Shown in pieces: positions 33,136 through 41,941 of a stretch of 64,000 nt of DNA. The translations under genes were made by a program, and so were the position numbers. The stretch is from positions 120,096-184,095 of the forward strand of contig JAXLRU010000005.1 of the NCBI GenBank assembly GCA_046330935.1, given 5' to 3'. Source of the stretch: Kineosporiaceae bacterium (GTDB lineage: Bacteria; Actinomycetota; Actinomycetes; Actinomycetales; Kineosporiaceae). The notes below the pieces were generated by a model. The model did not search any database and had not been told where the DNA came from. It worked only from the letters and a program-made list of their open reading frames with translations. How positions within the stretch are numbered: the stretch's first letter is position 1; each line of letters opens with the position of its first letter.

Positions 33136-33166
33136 TTGACCTTGACGTAACGTCAATCCCTAGCGT
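33136..33166 (+). promoter_or_regulatory. MerR-type promoter: -35 TTGACC, 19-bp spacer containing perfect dyad TTGACGTAACGTCAA, -10 TAGCGT
   Basis: Exact 19-bp spacing with the operator dyad centred in the spacer is the hallmark of MerR-family activated promoters (TipA/MerR/SoxR). It lies 38 nt upstream of the MerR/TipA-like GTG. Confidence 0.7.
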
Positions 33167-33203
33167 CGGGGACGGCGACGGAGAGCCCGTCGCCCGTGAA
33201 GGG

Positions 33204-34007
33204 GTGCACGAGGTGGACGGGCCGCGCGCGGAGACGGACAGCTGGACGGTCGGGCAGGTGGCCCGGCTGTCGGGCCTGACCACCCGGACGCTGCGCCACT
33301 ACGACCGGATCGGCCTGCTGCGGCCGCGGGTGGCGGACAACGGGTACCGCCGCTACGGCGAGCCCGAGCTGCAGCGCCTGCAGCACGTGCTGGTGCTGCG
33401 CGAGGTCGGCCTGCCGCTGGAACGCATCGGCGCCGTCCTCGACGGCGCACTCGACCGGCACGACGCGCTGCGCGAGCACCTGGCGTTGCTGCGCGGCGAG
33501 CGGGACCGCCTGGCCCGCGCCGTGGCCTCGGTGGAGCGCACCCTGGAGCACTGGCAGGAGGGGACGACGATGGACGTCGGGGAGATGTTCGCGGGGTTCG
33601 CGGCCAAGGGGCCGGCCCTGGAGGAGCGGCTGGCCGCCGACCACGGGGACGGCGTGCGCGCCACGTTCGCGACCAGCAGGGCACGGTCGGCGGCGATGAC
33701 CGCGGAGGAGAAGGCCGACGTGGTCGAGCAGTGGCGGGTGGTGGAGGACCGCCTGTTCGACCTGTTCCGGGACGGGCACCGCGCCCTGCCCGACCGGCCG
33801 CTGGACCCGGCGCTGGAGGCGGCGCTGGCCGCCCACCACGCCCAGGTGAGCAGGTTCTGGGCGCCCGACCGAGCCTCGTACACGGGCCTCGGGGAGCTGT
33901 ACGTGGCCGACCCGGAGTTCCGCGCCCGCTACGACGCGCGGGACCCGCACTTCGCCGGGTTCCTCCGCGACGGGGTGGCGGCATGGGCGGCGGCGCACCT
34001 GAGCTGA
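33204..34007 (+). CDS. MerR-family transcriptional regulator with C-terminal TipAS-like antibiotic-recognition domain
   Basis: HTH WTVGQVARLSGLTTRTLRHYDRIGLL, coiled-coil dimerisation helix, and a C-terminal TipAS/Mta-like domain (about 140 aa). Confidence 0.8.
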   Translation: MHEVDGPRAETDSWTVGQVARLSGLTTRTLRHYDRIGLLRPRVADNGYRRYGEPELQRLQHVLVLREVGLPLERIGAVLDGALDRHDALREHLALLRGERDRLARAVASVERTLEHWQEGTTMDVGEMFAGFAAKGPALEERLAADHGDGVRATFATSRARSAAMTAEEKADVVEQWRVVEDRLFDLFRDGHRALPDRPLDPALEAALAAHHAQVSRFWAPDRASYTGLGELYVADPEFRARYDARDPHFAGFLRDGVAAWAAAHLS

Positions 34008-34075
34008 CCGTCCGGCGCGGGCCGTGCTGTGGGTTGCTCGGCGCCTGCAGCACGGCCCCCGCCTAGACTCCGGCC

Positions 34076-35992
34076 GTGAGGATCCGCCGTGAGGACGTCG
34101 AGCACGTCCGTGATCGAGTGCGGATCGAGGACGTCGTGGGCGAGCACGTCACGCTGAAGTCCGCGGGGGTCGGCTCGATGAAGGGGCTGTGCCCCTTCCA
34201 CGACGAGCGGACGCCGTCCTTCCACGTCCGCCCGCCCGTGGGCCTGTGGCACTGCTTCGGCTGCGGCGAGGGCGGGGACGTCATCTCGTTCGTGCAGAAG
34301 CTCGACCACCTGGGCTTCACCGAGGCCGTGGAGCGGCTGGCGGGCCGGATCGGCTACCAGCTGCGCTACGAGGACGACGGCTCGGGGACGGGCGTGCGGC
34401 GCGAGCAGGTGGGCCAGCGCCAGCGCCTGCTGGAGGCCAACCGCGTGGCCGCGCAGTTCTTCGGCGAGCAGCTGGGGGGCGGCGAGGCGATGGCGGCGCG
34501 CACCTTCCTCGCCGAGCGCGGCTTCGACCGCGACGCCGCCGAGCACTTCGGCGTCGGGTTCGCCCCGCGCAGCGGCGAGGCGTTGTTGCGCCACCTGCGG
34601 GGGCGGGCCTTCACCGAGGACGAGCTCGTCGCCAGCGGGCTGGCCGGCCGGGGCCAGCGGGGCCTCTACGACCGGTTCCGGGGCCGCCTGGTCTGGCCGA
34701 TCCGCGACGTGTCGGGGGACGTCGTGGGCTTCGGGGCGCGCCGCCTCTTCGACGACGACCGCATCGATGCCAAGTACCTCAACACCCCCGAGACCGCGCT
34801 GTACAAGAAGTCGCAGGTGCTCTACGGGGTCGACCTTGCCAAGCGCGAGATCGCCAAGCTGCGCCAGGTGGTCGTCGTCGAGGGCTACACCGACGTGATG
34901 GCCTGCCACCTCGCCGGGGTGACGACGGCGGTGGCCACGTGCGGGACGGCGTTCGCGGCCGACCACATCCGCATCGTGCGGCGACTGCTCGGCGACGACG
35001 GGACGCGCGGCGGGGAGGTCGTGTTCACCTTCGACGGCGACGCGGCGGGCCAGAAGGCCGCGATGCGCGCCTTCGAGGAGGACCAGCGCTTCGTCGCGCA
35101 GACGTTCGTCGCCGTCGCGCGCGACGGCATGGATCCCTGCGACCTGCGGCAGTCCCGCGGCGACGAGGCGGTGCGCCAGCTCGTCGCCTCACGGCAGCCG
35201 ATGTTCGAGTTCGCGATCCGCACCACCCTGCGCCAGTTCGACCTGGAGACCGCCGAGGGGCGCGTCGCCGCGCTGCGCCAGGCCGCGCCGACGGTGGCCA
35301 GGATCCGCGACACCAGCCTCAGGCCCGAGTACGGCCGGCTCCTCGCGGGCTGGCTGGGCATGCCGGAGGCCGACGTCTCGCGGGCGGTGCGGGCGGCCTC
35401 GCGCACCGCTGGGGGGCCGGGAGGTCCCTCGGGAGGACCGGGGGAGTCGGGCCGCCCGTCCGGGGGGCAGCCGGTGCCGGAGGACGCCGTCCCGCCGCCG
35501 CCGCGCCTGGACCCCCGTGACCCCGTCGCCCGGGTGGAGCGCGAGACGTTGGAGTGCCTGCTGCAGGTGCCGTCGCTGGTGCCGGTGGCCGACGCCGACG
35601 CGCTGGGCGAGGACGCCTTCCAGATCCCCGCCTACCGGGCGGTGCACTCGGCGATCCGCGCGGCCGGGGGAATCGCCACCGCCGTGGCGGGCAGCCCGGC
35701 GGAGTGGGCTGACCGGGTGCGCCAGGAGGCGCCGTCGACGGTGGCGAACCTCGTGACCGAGCTGGCCGTGACGCCGTTGCCGGCGCTCAACGATGCGCAG
35801 CTGTCCCACTACGCGGTGACGATGGTGCTGCGCATGGTCGAGCTGGAGCTGACCCGGCAGATCGGCGCGCTGCGCAGCCGCGTGCAGCGGCTCGACCCCG
35901 ACGACCCCGCCTACACGGCGACCTACCGCGAGCTGTTCGCCGCGGAGCAGCGCCGCCACGAGCTGAAGGCCCGCGTCGGCGACTCGGCCTAG
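34076..35992 (+). CDS. dnaG: DNA primase
   Basis: Zinc ribbon CPFHDERTPSFHV...CFGCGEGGDV, TOPRIM domain (VVVVEGYTDVM), C-terminal helicase-interaction domain. Confidence 0.95.
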   Translation: MRIRREDVEHVRDRVRIEDVVGEHVTLKSAGVGSMKGLCPFHDERTPSFHVRPPVGLWHCFGCGEGGDVISFVQKLDHLGFTEAVERLAGRIGYQLRYEDDGSGTGVRREQVGQRQRLLEANRVAAQFFGEQLGGGEAMAARTFLAERGFDRDAAEHFGVGFAPRSGEALLRHLRGRAFTEDELVASGLAGRGQRGLYDRFRGRLVWPIRDVSGDVVGFGARRLFDDDRIDAKYLNTPETALYKKSQVLYGVDLAKREIAKLRQVVVVEGYTDVMACHLAGVTTAVATCGTAFAADHIRIVRRLLGDDGTRGGEVVFTFDGDAAGQKAAMRAFEEDQRFVAQTFVAVARDGMDPCDLRQSRGDEAVRQLVASRQPMFEFAIRTTLRQFDLETAEGRVAALRQAAPTVARIRDTSLRPEYGRLLAGWLGMPEADVSRAVRAASRTAGGPGGPSGGPGESGRPSGGQPVPEDAVPPPPRLDPRDPVARVERETLECLLQVPSLVPVADADALGEDAFQIPAYRAVHSAIRAAGGIATAVAGSPAEWADRVRQEAPSTVANLVTELAVTPLPALNDAQLSHYAVTMVLRMVELELTRQIGALRSRVQRLDPDDPAYTATYRELFAAEQRRHELKARVGDSA

Positions 35993-36001
35993 GCTGGCCG
36001 G

Positions 36002-36511
36002 GTGACGTTCCTGTCGCGGCTGCGCCGCTCGCCGTCCCTGCCCGCTGACGTCGCGGGTCGCCTCGACCTGCGAGGGGAGCGAGTGCTCGCGTGGGCCCCG
36101 CTGCGCGGGGAGGGGCACGTCGTCGCCACCGCCGCCCGGCTGCTCGCCGAGGTGGACGGCCGCACGCTCGCCCGGCCCTGGTCGGAGGTCGACCACGCGG
36201 AGTTCGAGAACGAGACCGAGCAGCTCGTCGTGTGGTGGGTCGACGGCGGTCGGGTGGCGACGATGCTCGACCTGGACGGCGCGGGGCGCGTGCCCGAAGT
36301 GGTGCACGAGCGGGTCCGGGCCTCGGTGCTCGCGACCACGCAGATCAGCCTCGGCCCCCGCCGGTACCTGTCCGTGGCGCTGCGTCGCGGGCCCGACGGC
36401 GAACTGACCACGCAGGCCAGCCCCGGCCCCGGGGTGCGGCTGGACGACCCCGAGATCGCCGCCCTGGTGGAGGCGGCATCCCGGCGCCTGAGGGAGGACG
36501 CCGGGCAGTGA
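36002..36511 (+). CDS. Conserved hypothetical protein downstream of dnaG
   Basis: 169 aa, GTG start, coding-like composition, no identifiable domain. Confidence 0.4.
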   Translation: MTFLSRLRRSPSLPADVAGRLDLRGERVLAWAPLRGEGHVVATAARLLAEVDGRTLARPWSEVDHAEFENETEQLVVWWVDGGRVATMLDLDGAGRVPEVVHERVRASVLATTQISLGPRRYLSVALRRGPDGELTTQASPGPGVRLDDPEIAALVEAASRRLREDAGQ

Positions 36512-36590
36512 GGGGCGGCTCGGGGCAGCCTCCGCCAGGGGCAACCGTGTCGAGAGCACCCCCCGATGCCTGCTATGGTTTTCCCGCCGA

Positions 36591-36663
36591 TCCCGCATAG
36601 CTCAATTGGCAGAGCAGCCGGCTGTTAACCGGCAGGTTACTGGTTCGAGTCCAGTTGCGGGAG
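36591..36663 (+). tRNA. tRNA-Asn (anticodon GTT)
   Basis: Cloverleaf: acceptor TCCCGCA/TGCGGGA, D-arm GCTC..GAGC, anticodon loop CTGTTAA, T-arm CTGG TTCGAGT CCAG. No encoded CCA. Confidence 0.9.
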
Positions 36664-36678
36664 CTGTGGACAAGCCCT

Positions 36679-36704
36679 CGGGAGTCTCCTCCCGGGGGCT
36701 TTCT
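36679..36704 (+). terminator. Intrinsic terminator after tRNA-Asn
   Basis: CGGGAG-TCTC-CTCCCG hairpin followed by GGGGCTTTCT. Confidence 0.5.
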
Positions 36705-36793
36705 GCTGCTCGGAGGACACCGCCGCGCGGGCGCTGTCGGCCTGAGCGGGCGGCTGCAGGCTCGACGCGATCTTCAGGCTTGCGCTGGTTAGG

Positions 36794-38260
36794 GTGGACT
36801 TGCCCGCTCGGCGGCCGACGACGGCCGATCGAGCCCCACCCGCAGCGCACCAGGAGCCGTCCTTGGCCTCGACCAGCCCCGGCTACTCGATCACCCTCCG
36901 CGTCTCGACGTCGACGCATCCGGGGGCCACGGCGTCCCTGTCCGCCGCCGTCGCGCAGGCGGGAGGCCGGCTTACCGCCCTCGACATCGCCGAGTCCCGC
37001 CACGACCGCCTCATCGTCGACCTGTCCTGCGACGCCAGCGACGTCGACCACGCCGAGGCCATCCGGGCGGGCATCGAGCAGCTCGACGGCGTCGAGGTCC
37101 AGCGGGTGTCGGACCGCACGTTCCTGCTGCACCTCGGCGGGAAGCTGGAGGTGCGCTCGAAGGTGCGCCTGCGCCACCGCGACGATCTCGCGCGCGCCTA
37201 CACCCCGGGTGTGGCCCGGGTCTGCCAGGCGATCGCGGCCAACCCCGACGACGCACGTCGGCTCACCATCAAGCGCAACACCGTGGCGGTCGTCACGGAC
37301 GGGTCGGCCGTGCTCGGCCTGGGCAACCTGGGGCCGGCAGCCGCACTGCCGGTGATGGAGGGCAAGGCCGCCCTGTTCAAGCGGTTCGCCGACGTCGACG
37401 CCTGGCCGGTGTGCCTGGACACGCAGGACACCGAGCAGATCATCGCGATCGTCAAGGCGCTGGCGCCGGTCTACGGGGGGATCAACCTCGAGGACATCGC
37501 CGCCCCCCGATGCTTCGAGATCGAGGCCCGGTTGAAGGCCGAGCTGGACATCCCGGTCTTCCACGACGACCAGCACGGGACGGCCATCGTCGTCCTCGCC
37601 GCCCTGATCAACGCGCTGCGGCTGGCGGGCAAGGAGCTGCCCGAGGTCCGCATCGTCGTCAGCGGTGCCGGCGCCGCCGGCCAGGCGATCATCCGACTGC
37701 TGCTCGCGCAGGGCGCCCGGCACGTCGTGGCCTTCGACAGCCGGGGGGCGGTGCACACCGGGCGTGAGGGGCTCGACCCGTTCAAGACCTGGATCGCCGA
37801 GAACACCAACCCCGATGCCGTCACCTGCACGCTGCGCGAGGGGATCGCGGGAGCGGACGTGTTCATCGGCGTCTCCGCGCCCGACCTGCTCGGCGAGGAG
37901 GACGTCGCCACCATGGCCGACGCCGCGATCGTCCTCGCGCTGTCCAACCCCGACCCCGAGGTCGACCCGATCGCCGCTGCCCGCCACGCGCTCGTCGTCG
38001 GCACCGGGCGCAGCGACTTCCCCAACCAGATCAACAACGTGCTGGCGTTCCCCGGGATGTTCCGGGGGCTGCTCGACGCCGGAGCGCGCGACATCACCGA
38101 CGAGATGCTCGTGGCGGCGGCCACCGCGATCGCCGACTGCGTGCACCCCGACGAGCTCAACCCCAACTTCATCGTCCCCAGCGTGTTCGACCCCGAGGTG
38201 TCCCCGGCCGTCGCGGGCGCGGTGGCGGGTGTCGCCGGGCGGGCCGGCGGCGGGAGGTGA
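36794..38260 (+). CDS. NAD(P)-dependent malic enzyme with N-terminal ACT-like domain
   Basis: Malic-enzyme dinucleotide-binding GSGAAG motif region ([13 protein letters not shown]), catalytic Y/K region and an ACT-like N-terminus. Confidence 0.85.
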   Translation: MDLPARRPTTADRAPPAAHQEPSLASTSPGYSITLRVSTSTHPGATASLSAAVAQAGGRLTALDIAESRHDRLIVDLSCDASDVDHAEAIRAGIEQLDGVEVQRVSDRTFLLHLGGKLEVRSKVRLRHRDDLARAYTPGVARVCQAIAANPDDARRLTIKRNTVAVVTDGSAVLGLGNLGPAAALPVMEGKAALFKRFADVDAWPVCLDTQDTEQIIAIVKALAPVYGGINLEDIAAPRCFEIEARLKAELDIPVFHDDQHGTAIVVLAALINALRLAGKELPEVRIVVSGAGAAGQAIIRLLLAQGARHVVAFDSRGAVHTGREGLDPFKTWIAENTNPDAVTCTLREGIAGADVFIGVSAPDLLGEEDVATMADAAIVLALSNPDPEVDPIAAARHALVVGTGRSDFPNQINNVLAFPGMFRGLLDAGARDITDEMLVAAATAIADCVHPDELNPNFIVPSVFDPEVSPAVAGAVAGVAGRAGGGR

Positions 38261-38346
38261 GCGAGCACCCCGACGGGCGCGACCGTCCCGCCACGGGCCG
38301 CTACCCGCAGCCCGAGTCGTTGCCGGAGTGGCTCGAGGGCGTGCCC

Positions 38347-38799
38347 ATGGCTCGCCCCGCCACGGCGGCCGGTGCGTTGCTGCGCGACGGGAGCGGGCGG
38401 CTGCTGCTCGTCGATCCCGTCTACAAGGACGGCCTGGACCTGCCCGGCGGCATCCTGGAGCCGGGGGAGACCCCGACCCAGGGGCTGGTGCGTGAGCTGG
38501 GGGAGGAGTTGGGGGTGGCCCTGCCCGTCGGTCGGCTCCTGGTGGTCGACTGGTGCCCCGACCCGGTGGTGGGGGACAAGCTGCTCTGGGTCTTCGACGT
38601 CGGCGTGCTCGACCCCGCCCTCGAACGCGACCTGCACGTGGACCCGGCCGAACTCGCGGGGTGGGAGTGGGTGGAGCCCGCCGCCGTGGCCGACCGCTGC
38701 CCCCGTGCCCTGGCCCGCCGGATCGCCCTCGCGGTGGCCGCTCTCGGCGCTGGGCGGACGGCGTACGCGGAGTTCGGCGAGCCGCTGCCGGGCGAGTGA
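38347..38799 (+). CDS. NUDIX hydrolase
   Basis: Nudix box GGILEPGETPTQGLVRELGEELGV. An alternative in-frame GTG start is at 38341. Confidence 0.7.
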   Translation: MARPATAAGALLRDGSGRLLLVDPVYKDGLDLPGGILEPGETPTQGLVRELGEELGVALPVGRLLVVDWCPDPVVGDKLLWVFDVGVLDPALERDLHVDPAELAGWEWVEPAAVADRCPRALARRIALAVAALGAGRTAYAEFGEPLPGE

Positions 38800-38857
38800 G
38801 AAACGCCACCTTCACGCGGGAAACACTGGCGAAACATCCACGGAATCCCCGAGTAAC
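38800..38857 (+). promoter_or_regulatory. GlnR-box-like repeat array upstream of amt-glnK (GAAAC-n6-TTCAC-n4-GAAAC-n6-GAAAC ... GTAAC)
   Basis: Three GAAAC b-site-like pentamers and TTCAC/GTAAC a-site-like pentamers spaced about 6 nt apart, located 120-175 nt upstream of the amt ATG. Confidence 0.4.
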
Positions 38858-38974
38858 CGAAAGCCGTCAGGGTGTGCCCCCGGCCGCATCGCTACGCCGT
38901 GCGGCCGGGGCGTCGCGGCCGCGGGCGCCCCTCCAGGTCGCGCCCGCCCGGCGCCCGAGGACCAGGGACGGGTC

Positions 38975-40608
<1,634 letters not shown>

Positions 40609-40669
40609 TCGGCACACCGACGGCGACCCGGCGGCCGGTACGCTGGCGCCGGTCGCCGTCGGCGTCCAG

Positions 40670-40743
40670 GGGGCGGTAGCTCAGCCGGTCAGAGCAGAGG
40701 GCTCATAACCCTTGGGTCCTGGGTTCGAACCCCAGCCGCCCTA
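40670..40743 (+). tRNA. tRNA with CAT anticodon (Met; elongator/initiator/Ile2 identity not resolvable)
   Basis: Acceptor GGGGCGG/CCGCCCT (G1-U72), D-arm GCTC AGCCGGTCA GAGC, anticodon stem with three GC pairs GGG-CTCATAA-CCC, T-arm CTGGG TTCGAAC CCCAG. Confidence 0.8.
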
Positions 40744-41031
40744 CCCCCGCGCGTGGCCTCCCGAGGCGGCCACGGGCCAGCTCTCCCGCCATGTGATGAG
40801 CCGGTCGACGAACTGGTCGACGCCGCAGCGCCACGGCTGCACGCCCCAGTGGTCCTCGAGGTGGTCCCAGACCAGCTCGCTGAGTTCGGCGCGGCTGAGC
40901 TGCTGCAGCAGTGCCGCGCGCAGCGGCCGCACGAGCTCCCCGTACTCCGGCAGTCCCGGCTCGGCCGCCTGCAGCGGGTCCCACGCCTCGACCTGCCCCC
41001 GCAGGGCCGCCTCGAGCGCCTCGTCGTCCAT
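40741..41031 (-). CDS. Hypothetical small protein (96 aa)
   Basis: MDDEALEAALRGQVEAWDPLQ... with coding-like third-position GC. No recognisable domain. Its stop overlaps the tRNA-Met 3' end by 3 nt on the opposite strand. Confidence 0.4.
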   Translation of the reverse strand: MDDEALEAALRGQVEAWDPLQAAEPGLPEYGELVRPLRAALLQQLSRAELSELVWDHLEDHWGVQPWRCGVDQFVDRLITWRESWPVAASGGHARG

Positions 41032-41096
41032 CTGCGGGGTGTCGGCCACCCGGGGCCCGGGGTTCACCGGCCGTCCGGGGGACATGCCCTCAGCGG

Positions 41097-41642
41097 TCAG
41101 CCCTGGCCGCCGAAGTGCCGCAGGAGCCCGCGGCGCCGACCCTGGGCGAGCGCGTCGGGGTGCGGCTTGGGCACGGGGGTGAACTGCACGCGCGGGCAGT
41201 CCGCCAGCGTGATGTCGCCGAAGCTCAGCGCCTCGTTGCACAGGCTCTGCACGGTCCAGCCCAGCTGGGACCCGACGGTCGTGATGGTGACCCGGTAGAT
41301 GGTGATCTCGTACCGGGTGGGGGTGCCGTACGCCACCTGGATCGTGCCGAGCAGCTTGGCCTCGCCGGGGCCGTCGCCGTCGCTCCACGGCCGGTCGTAG
41401 CGGTTCCAGCGGCTCGGCTCCGCCACCCACAGCCCCTCCGCGGTGGCGCTGTTGAGGGACATCTCGACGAGGATGGCGCGGCAGGCGTCCTCGGGGACCA
41501 CGGCCGCCGGCCGGATCACCTCGCTGATCACCCCGGTGTCGTAGGCCTCGTCGTAGGTGTCGGCGCGGTCCTCGCCGTCCGCGGGCCCGGACCTGCCGGA
41601 GCGACCACTCGGGAGGCTGCGACCGTTTCCGTCGGGGGACAT
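41097..41642 (-). CDS. Hypothetical protein (181 aa; disordered Gly/Ser/Arg N-terminus, about 130-aa globular C-terminal domain)
   Basis: The sequence DACRAILVEM...YEITIYRVTITTVGSQLGWTVQSLCNEALSFGDITLADCPRVQF has mixed, protein-like composition. No family assignable by eye. Confidence 0.45.
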   Translation of the reverse strand: MSPDGNGRSLPSGRSGRSGPADGEDRADTYDEAYDTGVISEVIRPAAVVPEDACRAILVEMSLNSATAEGLWVAEPSRWNRYDRPWSDGDGPGEAKLLGTIQVAYGTPTRYEITIYRVTITTVGSQLGWTVQSLCNEALSFGDITLADCPRVQFTPVPKPHPDALAQGRRRGLLRHFGGQG

Positions 41643-41941
41643 CTCGTGGCACCTCCCGCGCCGCGCCAGGGCAGCGGTCGGTCCGCTTCGTGGCGTCAGC
41701 CCTGTATCGGCCGCTGGCGTGCGGTTCTGGAGCCGATGCCAGGCCCTACCCGCCGCACGCACCTCTCGGCGACCGGTGATTGACTCCACCGGGCCCAGGG
41801 ACCAGGATTCCCGCCCGGAGCCCGCTGCCGGCGCGCCGTCGGCGGGTCGCTGCCCCGTGCCCCCGTCCCACCCGTTCGAAGCTCCGTCCCCTGTGGCTGC
41901 TTCCCGCCTGAGGGGGACCCGTCGATGTCGAGGCCCCCGCC

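Noticed and set aside
40670-40743. Whether the CAT-anticodon tRNA is the initiator tRNA-fMet.
   Set aside because: The three G-C pairs in the anticodon stem fit an initiator. However, the acceptor end is G1-U72 rather than the C1-A72 mismatch, and the 5' sequence does not match the CGCGGGG actinobacterial initiator. Identity is therefore left as Met/CAU, unresolved.
41643-41941. Searched upstream of the GH9 gene for the CebR/CelR operator (TGGGAGCGCTCCCA) typical of actinobacterial cellulase promoters.
   Set aside because: No match. Only a loose GGGA-n7-TCCC element (CAGGGACCAGGATTCCCG) is present, which is insufficient for a call.
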